From Setoptus koraiensis (Eukaryota; Animalia; Arthropoda), in NCBI GenBank assembly GCA_048013815.1, contig CM106586.1, positions 248,001 to 312,000 of the forward strand: 64,000 nt of DNA, read 5' to 3'. The notes under the pieces are model-generated. The model worked only from the letters and a program-made list of their open reading frames with translations. It had not been told where the DNA came from and searched no databases. The number at the start of each line of letters is the position of its first letter. Within the stretch, counting starts at the first letter, position 1. Shown one piece after another: positions 48,830 to 59,900 of the stretch. The position numbers and the translations under genes are program-made.

Positions 48830-49650
48830 GGTTCTGCGCAGGGAACACGCGCTACTCCTACCCCCCTGAGCGATCATTTATTGCCGCGATTGTATATCAG
48901 ACTACGATAATCCCGATGACATCATTTTCACATCTCTTCAACTTCCGGTTCTCGAGATATTCAGGAAAATTGCACGTATGGGCGAATCTAGGCCGGTCTG
49001 GGTCTGTTCAGAGCCCAAATCTTACACCCAGAGCAGGGTGACACGCATTCATGAATAAAACCCGGCTCGATCACGGGCCCAGCCCACTAGACTCCCAGTC
49101 CTCGGGAAGAATCTTTTTTAGTTTGGTGGCCGTCAGTCGTCCCGCCGGAGGCCGCAGGCCATAGGCGTGGACGACTGAAGGCCGAACCCCTTCTCCGGCC
49201 CAGGCCCAAGCTGCATGGCAGACGGAAGGGCTATTATATATTATATACAAGTGAGCATGGGTACCCCGTGTACATCGTGCTACCCGCAACAGTCATGCCA
49301 AACTCATTCGGTTGTGATTATTAGCCCATTACATACTCGGATACCCGAAATACCCGGATAAAACCTGGTACCGCACCTCGGGTTCATTTTCACACTTACG
49401 ATATACAATTTATGAGTTCAAAATACTTGACTGTACCTTGCTTTAACAAAATTAATTTCAAAGAAAGCAGTGGGAACCGCTAGCGGTCGTCGGGTATCTC
49501 AAAACGCCCACTGTGCGGTACCTCGGTTATCTCGGGAACGAAGAACTTCCGCACTTCCGGAATACCCATCGCGATATCAGAGTACAATATTTTACCCAAA
49601 AATACCCAAAATACCCCGATAAAAGTGTGGCGCTATTCGTTAGAACAACC
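48830..49650. mobile_element. Merlin-type MITE, family 2-like composite
   Basis: Shares the hairpin core (49128-49183) with 51608-51663 and ends GTGGCGCTATTCGTTAGAACAACC; left boundary uncertain. Confidence 0.6.
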
Positions 49651-49829
49651 AAAATTTGTAGTATGCAATGCACTTGAGTATCCTGCCCGTTTTCTCTCCT
49701 TTGCTGACGACAAGGACGGGCATACAATCATTCAACAGGTCTGTAATGATGCGTCTAAATGTTATAGTAAGACCGCAATAGCTAAATGGGATCGCGATTG
49801 TTACTCTGTGTTGCTACTATGGTGGCTAC

Positions 49830-50260
49830 TCTTATATTTCAGATAAGCGAGCACCAAGTAGCAACAAACACTACTGGAGATGCAGTTTGAGCCATAAGCC
49901 CTTTAATTGTCAGGGTCGAATGACCACTGAGATGGTCCGTGGAGCAACGGCAACACAGATGGCCAAACATAAAATTATTAGAAGTGGCAGAGGCAAGCCA
50001 CACAACCATCCTCCATCACCAACGGTGAGAGCGAGAAAGGATACATTGGCGAGTTTGAAAGCTCGAGCAGGTACCTCTCAAGACAAGCCAGCTAACATGA
50101 TATTGAATGTCCAGAGAACACTGAGTGTTGACGCTGGAACAGGTCTGCCATCTCAAGATGCCCTGAGGAGGCAGATCAAGCGTGCGCGACGCGCCAATCA
50201 ATTGATTGAACCTCAATCTTTGGATCAAATCGATCTACCGGATGAGTTGAAAATCACTCT
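49830..50260 (+). pseudogene. MULE-type transposase N-terminal fragment (FLYWCH-like)
   Basis: HYWRCSLSHKPFNCQGRMTT...HNH, followed by LPSQDALRRQIKRARR. Confidence 0.65.
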
Positions 50261-50722
50261 GAGAACGACATCTACTCAAGAGAATGTGCCGACCCCAAAA
50301 TTTGGGGCAAACACACGCGAAGAATATTTGACAACGTCATAGATCGTATGCAAATGAAATGGGTCACGCCAGGATATCGCATCACACAAATTTTAACTGA
50401 TCATGGTTATTTTAATAACATGCTATGCAAACAGGAATTCGTAAGATATCCATATTGTGAAAAATGTGCCAGTAACAACATAAGAGCACTTGATAACGCC
50501 GAACACTACGTCTTCGAATGTCAAGCTTATCACAATGATAGGGGAATCTTAAACGAATACATCATTCCAAAAGCGTATAGAACGCTAAAGGAAATAGTTG
50601 CTGACAGAGCGGCATACTACAGGTTGAAAAGATTTATTCACAAAAACAACAAACTAGATTGGATAGAAAATTCAAGGATATCCATGCTGGCAATAGATGA
50701 TCCGATCAACCATAATGATTAA
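50260..50722 (+). pseudogene. R1-like non-LTR retrotransposon ORF2 C-terminal fragment
   Basis: ITQILTDHGYF...CEKC...DNAEHYVFEC CCHC knuckle; an upstream LSFADD remnant near 49700. Confidence 0.7.
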
Positions 50723-50987
50723 GCCAATGAATAATTCAATTCTAATCAGAGCAATAATCAATAAAGACTATGCAAGTACATATGCAAGTGTCACAATCGG
50801 ACACAAGATTGCAACATCCGCAGTCAGGATGGAAACAATCGAGATACAAACAGCAACCAATAGGAACACCAGCCTCAATGGAATTGTCACAATCAGACTT
50901 ATGACTGCGACAATCTGAGTCGAGATTGACACAATCAAATCGCGAATTGCGATAATCAACGCTAAGATTACCTATCAATAACATGTG

Positions 50988-51136
50988 TGTTGTATTTTTA
51001 TATTACTTAGATGTTTATTCTATCGTATCTAAAACTCTACTACTACAATAATAATAATAACAAATCTGTTACATATGACAATATATATGAACATACAAAA
51101 GCGGCATTGCGCATGACTAATGGACGTATCTCAATA
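50988..51136 (-). repeat. Putative 3' LTR (~149 bp) of the copia element
   Basis: Minus strand GAGTGGGAG PPT (51137-51145), then TATTGAG...AATAAA...ATACAACA. Confidence 0.6.
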
Positions 51137-51157
51137 CTCCCACTCGTCCATTAAATT

Positions 51158-53614
51158 CTATGTAAGCGAAACGTATGATGGTCCAGGTTGAGACATGGGG
51201 TGTTCTTCAGAAAGACGACACACTCCGATTTCGATGAAACTCAACAAATGGGCCCCGAAGGGGCCCCTGAGGACAAATTGAGTGGTCCGGAAGTGCGGAA
51301 ATTTCTACTTCCGGAGATATAGAAAATGCATTTTCCGGGCCTCAGACCTAAAATTTCTGTATGATTGTCTAGATCCACATGCTATCTATGCGATAGCGTT
51401 AAGATAAATCCTCTACATCAACTCGTTCGCGAGATATTCTACAATAAGCGCAAGTCACACTTCCGGTTTTAAAACTGATTCGGCTGTACTACCAACTAGT
51501 TACGGTCTCTAAAGCAAGTTCACACCCTATATAGAAGAAACCCGGCCCGATCACGGGCCCCGCTCATTCGACTCCCAGTCCTCGGGAAGAATCTTTTTCA
51601 GTTAGGTGGCCGTCAGTCGTCCCGCCGGAGGCCGCAGGCCGTAGGCGTGGACGACTGGAGGCCGAACCCTTTCTCCGGCCCGGGCCAAAGATGCATGTCA
51701 GACGGTAGGGCTATTGCCTTGAACCCTGGCCCTGAACCATTATTAGTAGGAGTCCTGGCCGAGGCTAGGACTTTAGGCTTCGCCTGGGGTGTTACTCTTT
51801 TCCGGTAGTACAGATTATGACCTTAGTACCCCACCCGATGTCCGTGCGGGTGAGAACGGCCGACTATACCGTCAATATGCCCTCAAATACCCTAAAATAC
51901 CCTAAAATACCCAGTATGCGGTACCTCGGGTATCTCGGGTACGGGAAATTTCCGCACTTCCGGAATACCCATTCCGGTATCAGGGCATCATATTCTACCC
52001 GATAATACCCAAAATACCCAAATCGGGGTGTGTCGTCTTTCTAAAGAAGCCCCGAGACATGTTTGATCCATATATCTCTGAGTGACATTGCTGCGGCGGA
52101 GGTGGCAAATTAGTTAAGGGTACAGATTCAGCTTTCTTCTTTAGACAATATTTAGTTCTACAATAATATATTATTGAGCTGATCAGTACAATAATGAAGC
52201 AGGTCAGGACAGAACCCAAAGATATCAATATAATATTATTGTTCTGTTTTAAATATTGCACTTGTAGACCTGGTTCACTCAGTTCGACCAAACCAGGGTC
52301 TAACTTACTCACAACTCTCTGTAATTCAGCGATTTTTGTTAGAAAATCTGCAGATGTCTCTAAATGCTTGTCTCTAGTCCAGGCAGCTGTTATGTTTTCT
52401 GATAGTATGTCACTCGATGCCGATACATCTATTGCTTCTGATATGGCATTGGACGAGTCTTCTCCTAATTTCCAAGAAACATCTAATGGTAATTTGAAAA
52501 CGAAAGGTGGACACTTGTGATCCTTACCATTGATATTTATAATGCTGTTGAAACAATAGAAATACGTATGTGTTTTCGTCAGTTTGATCTCATGTGACTT
52601 TCCTATGTGATTTATATCCATCTGACAGGAGTGTGTTGTCCAATCGTTTGCACCTGTCATGAACTGATGATTTGTTTCCTCGCATCTAGTTACCTGATAC
52701 CGATCAACAGCTAAAGTTCTAATTGGTAACGTGCAATTAGCAGTGATATTGTGCACAACATTCTTAGTGCCGGTGTATTCCTTGATGCATGGTGAGCCTG
52801 TAAGGTTGGCATAGATTTTAAACGGATCGGCCTGCAGAATAAAAGTGTTTTTGTCGGTTATCCGGGTGACAAATCGAAGGTGGACCACTCCTGGCTTAAT
52901 AACATGGCATTTTCCTGCATTGGAAGATAGAGGGTCGATGTCACGGAGATCATCGATCATTAAAAATTCACCTAACTCTGGTCCTACTCTGTAGGTCTTC
53001 CATGCAAATTCGACTTGTCTGAGCAGATGTCCTTTCTCTTTGATATCATTTAGTATGGCTGCTGACATCCAAGCTTGCTGTGGAAATGAAATTGCCATGT
53101 CATGTATTTTCTGGGTATTGGAAGTGACTTGTCGAGATATTATCTTGAGTGCATCTGTATGTGCTCTCTGAACCATATAGATCTGATTGGCATGATTGGT
53201 TAATTTTGCAGATTCTTTTTCAACCCTTTCTATTCTTTCTTTCTCGGATGGGTCTTTTGTCACAAACCATCCTCGGACTGTTTCGACTAAACTTGTGACA
53301 ACATATTCGGAAACCATGCCTGCAGCGAATTCTAATTGTCTTTTATCGCGATTGTGTAGATTGCACATATTATTCAGAGGTACGATGATTTCTTCGTCAA
53401 AAAGTCGTTGACACTCATTGTAAACATCGATGTTGTATGCTGCGTTTGGCGTGTTTAGGTTCAAACAAGGCGATTTGACTGCCATTGTTATGTCCCAAAC
53501 TTTCATTCCCAATGGAATTACTTTGTCTGTCTTTCTCCATAAGATATCGGATTCTTGTTTCAATATCTGACTCGATGTCATGGTAACTATTGATAATGGT
53601 GCTATAATACTCAT
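51158..53614 (-). CDS. env: Env-like fusion glycoprotein fused in frame to copia RNase H (MITE in the tail)
   Basis: Hydrophobic ILMSIIAPLSIVTMTSS directly after ADMFTKPL; RDKR at 53339-53350; heptad; Cys-rich ectodomain; TM IILISLGSVLTCFIIVLISSIIYYC; restored end NMSQPGPSYVSLT-stop. Confidence 0.85.
51198..52053. mobile_element. Merlin-type MITE, family 2, complete, in the env cytoplasmic tail
   Basis: TIRs GGGTGTTCTTCAGAAAGACGACAC / GTGTCGTCTTTCTAAAGAAGCCCC; 8-bp TSD GAGACATG. Confidence 0.92.
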
Positions 53615-56600
53615 GAGAATGTTTCTCAATGAAAGGAATTTTGTTTTCGGTAATGGCTTAGTGAACATGTCAGCCAATTGATTTTCTGTGCCAATATATT
53701 CAATTTTGATATCTTCCATCTTCTTTGACTCAATGATGAATTTATATTTTATGTCTATATGTTTGATTTTTGTGCTTATGATCTGATTATCGATGATCTT
53801 TATTGCTGCTTGGTTGTCAATGAATATGTTTGCTGACTGAATTGGATTCTTCAATTCAGTTAATATTTGCTTCAACCAAATTGTCTCTTTTATCGAATGA
53901 CAAGCAGCCACTAGTTCTGATTCAGTTGTCGACAAGGATACTGTAGGTTGGCGTTGACTCTTCCATATAATAGGAGAGTCATTTATCAGACATATTATAC
54001 CAGACGTGGATTTCCTGCTTTCATCATTAGCATAGTCTGCGTCTGAGTAAGTATTTATTGTCAAGGCGTTTATGTTTCTTGAGACTCCTTTTTTATATGT
54101 GATGCCCAATTTAGATGTTCCCTTTAAGTAGCGAAATACTCGCTTGACAGCGACCCAATGTGCATGAGTATGGCAGTGATTAGCTCGACTCAAATATCCT
54201 ACGACAAAAGCCAAATCAGGACGAGTTGCGATCATTGTATACATGAGAGCTCCCACTGCTTCACGGTATGGAACTTTTTCATCAGCGACAGCGTCTTCTT
54301 TGATTTCTATGTACTCACTAATTGGAGTTGCGATACTGTTGCACCCAGACATTCCAAATCTGCTGATGATCTTATTTATGAAGTTTTCTTGCGAAAGAGT
54401 GATCTTGTCATTGCTAATATTTATGTCAAGGCCTAAAAAATAAGTTGCACTCAGCACACGAACTTCAAACTCTTTCTCAAGCTCCATTTGTATCTTCTTC
54501 AAACTTGAGACGCTTGTCGAAGCTAGTAGTATATCATCTACATAGACTGCGATGATTGTGAAGTTCGTGTCTGATCTCTCAAAAAACACACAAGGATCAT
54601 TTTTTTAGTTTAGTCAATTTGTTACTGACTAGAAACCTTGTGAATCTGTCATTCCATTGTTTCGGTGCTTGCTTGAGCCCATAAAGGCTCTTTTTCAACA
54701 AATAAACATCGTTTGGTTTACCAACATGAAACCCTTCTGCTTGTTCCATGTATATGGTTTCTTCTAACTCTCCATACAAAAAAGCAGTTTTTACATCATA
54801 CTGCTTGAGAAACATATTGTAATTTGCAATTAATGTGAACAGCAGGCGGATCGTTTCAATTTTTACTACGGGCGCATATGTTTCTAGATAGTCAATGCCG
54901 TATACTTGAGTGTACCCTTTCGCAACTAGACGCGCCTTGTAGCGCTCTACTTCACCACTTGATGTCTTTTTGACCTTGTAGATCCAGCGACATTTCACTG
55001 CTTTCTGAGATGTTGGTCGACTAACGATGGTCCACACATTGTTTTTATGTAGTGATGACATTTCTTCCTTCATTGCAGTGATCCATTCTGCTCTATTTGA
55101 ACTACTCATGGCACCATCGTATGTAGATGGCTCATTTTCTAGCGTCATTGCCTCATATGCGGCATGTGCACAGTAAGCTCTGCCACTATACGGTAATGAC
55201 AGAGACTCTGATGGTCCTTGGCTGCGTAACTGCATGGATCGTGGCTGATTCGTGGTATTTTCAGCTTCTTGATTTGGAGCCACTGTTTCGATTGAGCTAC
55301 TAAATGATTCATTTGATTCATGTTCGATTTGCTCTAACGAAGACGAATCCAGATTACTATTGAGGCATGAAGTATCGTCGAGTGGTACTGTAGCCACTTC
55401 GCTGTCATTGCCAAGAGTTTGGTCTTCAGAGTTAGTTGACGATGAAACTTCTTCTTCTATGAATATAACGTCTCTTGATGTTTTGATTGACTTCGAGTGA
55501 GGAAAGTAAATTCTATACGTATTATATCTATCAGTGTAACCAACCAAGATCCCAGGTTCCGACCTTGGCTCCCACGCCTTCAAAGACTGATCTGCAATTT
55601 TAAGATAAGCTCGACATCCATAGACTCGCAAATTAGTAACGCTAGGTTTCTGACCATGGAATAATTCATAAGGCGTAACTGACGGATTTCTTGAAGAAAT
55701 CGAACGATTGAGCAAATACACTGCTGTGTTACAGGCTTCTGCCCACAGAAATTGTGGCAACTTTGCACCAATAAGCATAGTTCTGGCTAATTCTTTTACA
55801 CTACGGTTCTCTCTTTCGACTTTACCATTTTGCTCAGGTAAATATGGTGCTGAATATGTCTTATGAATACCTTTTTCATTTAAATATTCGATGAAATTAC
55901 CATTTTCAAACTCTGTACCATGGTCACTATGAAGACATGTGACTTTCTTAGATGAGTACTCGATTTCTGCTACTACCTCTTTAAATACAGATAGCACTTC
56001 TTTCTTGCTTCTGATGAATTTAATGAATCGATAATTTGTATATTCATCAACTAGGAGGACGAAGTAATTGGCTTTTCCTAGAGACTCAACGGACATAGGG
56101 CCACATGTATCTGCATGCAGTTTTCCAAAGCTTTTTGCGCGATCATGGAAGGACTGTTTGTAGCTGACCTTATGATGTTTTCCGATGATACACGTTTCAC
56201 AAGTATTGTTTTCTTTTCCACTGAGGCTTAGTCCTACTACGACATCATTACTTGCCATTTTCGAAAGTCGTTCTTTATTTATATGTCCAAATCTCGAGTG
56301 CCAAGTGGACATACTAACAGAAATATTAGCTTCTCCTTTGATTATTTTCAAATTCAGACGATAGAGATTTTGGTGCATATCACCGGTTACAACCTCTATG
56401 TTATTTTTGTAAATGTAGCATCTTTTTCCTTCGAATATCGTTTTACTACCATGTTCATTGGTATAAGGAACTGAAAACAAATTTGCTCCCAATTCTGGCA
56501 CATGAAGAACGCGCTCCAAGACGAATTTCATAGATGGATTATCGGATCGTTCACATTTTATGCTACCGACCCCAATTGCTGAGATGATTCTGTTTCCACC

Positions 56601-57593
56601 GACTGTGACTTGGATTGGTTCGTTTAATGACTCGTATGTACTGAAGTATGTTTTCTCACATGACATGTGTTCTGTGGCACCACTATCAATGATGAAATCA
56701 GTGCCCGAATTTGTGAAGTTTGCCACTGCAATTAATGCGATTGAGTCATTGCTTTGATTCGTTGAAGATTGTGAATTGTTCTTTTTGCTTTCATTATAGA
56801 TTCGTTTTCTACACTCTGAAATCCAGTGCCCTTTCTTTTTACAATAATTGCACGGAAAACGAGATTTTTTGTTGTTATTTGCAGGCGAATTGCTCTCATT
56901 CTTTGATTGTTTTGGTGGATTCGAATGATGGTTCTTATTATCTTGCTGATGGCTTCGTCTAAAATTCGATGCTTGTTTCGAAGTCGACGCTGTTAGAGCT
57001 TCAGATTTTGAATTTTTGTTCGATCGATTCATTTCAAAGAGTGACTCTTCAAGGAGCAGCCTCGGACTTAATTCATTCATTGTTCGTAGAATTTTCTGAT
57101 CATTGTGCCAACCTGAGATGAAGTTTCTGTACGTGTCACCAAGAGTGTTGACAATTCTTGAGACCATGATTCTCTCATTCATTGGCTCTCCGAGACTTTT
57201 CAATTTGTTGCATAACAATTCAACTTTCGAGATATGTGTAGACATGTCGTCTTTTTCTGATTTTTTGTATGAATATAACTGCTCTCGGAGCATATCTAAT
57301 TGACACTCGCTGTTTTGGTCATAATAACTTTCTAATCGTCTCCAGCATTCAAATGAGGTTCTGCAAGTTGAAACTTTGTCCACCAGATTGAAATCGATGG
57401 ACGTTAATAAAAGGCCGAGTACTTTTGCGTCTACTTCGTCGTAGGCAGCTTTTCTAGCTTGATCGAGACCCGATCCATCGGTTTCGAGTACTAGATACCA
57501 ATTTCTGGCCTTTAGGACGGCATAGACGATAGTTTTCCATGTTGCGAACTTTTCACCCTTAAACACGGGTACCTTTACTTTTGATTCGGCCAT
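53615..57593 (-). CDS. pol: Ty1/copia gag-pol (gag, CCHC, protease, integrase, RT, RNase H) with one +1 homopolymer frameshift at ~54600
   Basis: CNYCKKKGHWISEC, IDSGATEHM, WHSRFGH, SDHGTE, YKARLVAKGY, YVDD, YSDADYA; copia domain order; deleting one A from the A7 run restores KNDPCVF. Confidence 0.96.
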
Positions 57594-57600
57594 AGCGTGT

Positions 57601-57614
57601 CAGGACCCATAACC
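57601..57614 (-). promoter_or_regulatory. Copia primer-binding site (initiator tRNA-Met half-molecule type)
   Basis: Minus strand GGTTATGGGTCCTG, close to the GGTTATGGGCCCAG PBS of Drosophila copia. Confidence 0.8.
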
Positions 57615-57738
57615 TTTTAGTATTTTAATAATAGTTGTTTATTTAATGATTACATAGTCACACTACTGATACAATAGTTACAAACAATATAAATGTAATA
57701 AATGATATCTATGATGTTTATTTTATGGATTCACAAAC

Positions 57739-58210
57739 GATACTGACTCGGATTGGCAGTGCTGCCCCCTTATATAGGGGAAGGTGCAGCACTGCCAAGG
57801 GCAGACCCTAGGTGGGTCGCAGGCTCCACTGCAGCTCCTCTATTGAGGAGTAGAGGCTGTAGTGGAGCCTGTTACAAGCGTTTGGGGGACTCTACAGAGT
57901 GACTTTAAGGCCACTCCGTGGAGTCTTCATTATAGTCGATTAGCTGTTGTTGCTTGTTGTTGCTGCTGCTGCTGCTACAGCTGCCTTTAGTGTGAGGAGG
58001 CCGCGCGTGAGGAGAGGAGAGACTGAGGATTGGCCTTAGTCTCTACTGGCTGTAGCAGTCGATGCCTTGTGAAAGGCTCCACTACAGATCCCACTCTTAA
58101 AGAATGGATCTGTAGTGGAGCCTGCGACCCCTCCTGGGTCTGCCCTTGGCAGTGCATTGCCGACCCCTATATAAAGGGCTGCACTGCCAAGGGCTAGTCA
58201 GTCTTGTATC
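57739..58210. mobile_element. GC-rich fold-back element
   Basis: Inverted arms (TTGGCAGTGC..., GGGTCGCAGGCTCCACT... versus their reverse complements) around a short spacer; no TSD identified. Confidence 0.65.
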
Positions 58211-58710
58211 AGAAAGCAACAAATAAACAATTTTCATTACATTCAACCAGTAGGATAAAGATCCGCGCGATTATTCACAAGCACACACCTCGCGCCTAGA
58301 GCGCACACAAACACATTGTACACAAGCACATTGCTCACAAGCACACAGCACGTGAGTCAACACAAACACAGTACACAAACACCAAAAGTCACACAAGCAC
58401 ACGGTGCACACAGCACACAAATGTTAGTACAATAACACCCGACAGAGGGCCAAAACAATCACAATCAACGCAAATCAAGTGCGTCAACCCATATAAAGGG
58501 CGAGCAGATTGCAAGACAAATGCACACAGTCGCCCATCAATAGAAGATCAATACAGCAAAGTCCACTCAAATCAGACTCTATCATTACAGAACCACTGTA
58601 ACAGCTAGGAGTCTAGTCAAATCAACAAGTTCTATCATTGCAATAGTAGTGCTATTGCAACATCCAGGAACATCAAACCCACAGCAAACCAGCACCCTTC
58701 AAGTTCAATC

Positions 58711-59403
58711 ATGGCACGAAGAAGGAACAGTCGACGCGAAAGCCCAAGTGCTTCGCCAGCAATTGGTAACAATGAGGAGCCAACTCCTCCAATCACTACT
58801 CACCACCGAATGGCATCGCCGGTACGGGCCAATCCATACCAGCAACATCCGCTCTCAAACAGCAAGGGTATGGTCCATTACAATGGACTCGACAAGCCCG
58901 TGAGTGCAAGAGCCTGGATGCACATGTTCGAGCGTCATGCTAGACGCCTCCACTGTGAGGACGAAGACAAGATGCTCTACGTCGACTGCTTCTTGGATGG
59001 TGACGCTATAACCTGGTATAGTCACGAATGTGAACGCTTCGAAAACATGGAGTGGGAGGACTTCAAAGAAGAGTTCTACCAACGCTTTGACAGCAGCATC
59101 TCCGAACCGTTCACACAGTTCGTCGATTTCCGGTTCACCAAGGAGATGACTGTCAAGCACTACTATGAGGAAATGAAACGGCTAAGCGGCCCAATTGGTT
59201 TGAAGACCTGCTTCCTCATAGAAGCACTCACTCGCGGACTACCAATGAGTTACCGGATGCAACTCAAGTCCGCAAGACCAACCACAACTGGTCAGTGGTT
59301 GGACTTTGCGCAATCTCTAGAACGCGAGTTCCAGAAACAGCAAGTCCGGAAGGTATCTACAGGGTACTCTTCACCAGCGCATTGCCTACGGCGCAATCGA
59401 TAA
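58711..59403 (+). pseudogene. gag: Ty3/gypsy-type gag fragment (capsid region), no pol
   Basis: ARAWMHMFE...FLDGDAITWY...WEDFKEEFYQRF retrotransposon gag pattern. Confidence 0.8.
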
Positions 59404-59659
59404 TCGATCGATCGAGCGCTCAACTAGTATAAATACAGCCGCCATCTGCCAGTTACAATCAGTCGACAATTGGTATCCAAACTGGTAACAATATACAAAT
59501 TGTCAACTACAATAAGGTTAGTATACAAATTGATTCTCACTCAACCCATATATTTTCCAACTCATACTAATTAATTTTTAGCGCTTAATTTTAATTAAGC
59601 GCTAATGATGTAGTGATGTTGGATCCTAAATGGAGGTGGCAATCCACACACAAGCCTAC

Positions 59660-59900
59660 AATTTTGAGTCACGCCCCCTCCTTAGCACACAGTAAGCTAC
59701 AGCCTGAATGAGACTTAAGTCGCTCCACCTCCTCAGCACACAGTAGGCTACAGCTTGATTAAGACTTAAGTCACTCCACCTCCCCAGCACACAGTGAGCT
59801 ACACACTTGTTTGATGCTTAAGTCACTCCACCTCCTCAGCACACAGTAAGCTACAGCTTGATTGAGACTTAAGTCACTACGCTCCCTAATACACAGTGAG
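59660..59900 (+). repeat. ~52-bp minisatellite inside a Helentron-like element
   Basis: AGTCACTCCACCTCCTCAGCACACAGTAAGCTACAGCTTGATTGAGACTTA-like units; related blocks at 11340-11460 and 13340-13470. Confidence 0.85.

Noticed and set aside
51590-51612. Telomerase RNA template (CCTAAC on the minus strand) or tRNA-derived SINE in the family 2 core
   Set aside because: The second copy (~49120) lacks the motif; no A/B boxes or poly-A tail; the element has TIRs and an 8-bp TSD.
54590-54610. Programmed frameshift in the copia A7 run
   Set aside because: It falls inside the RT domain at a conserved DPCV motif; a homopolymer error or mutation is the simpler explanation.
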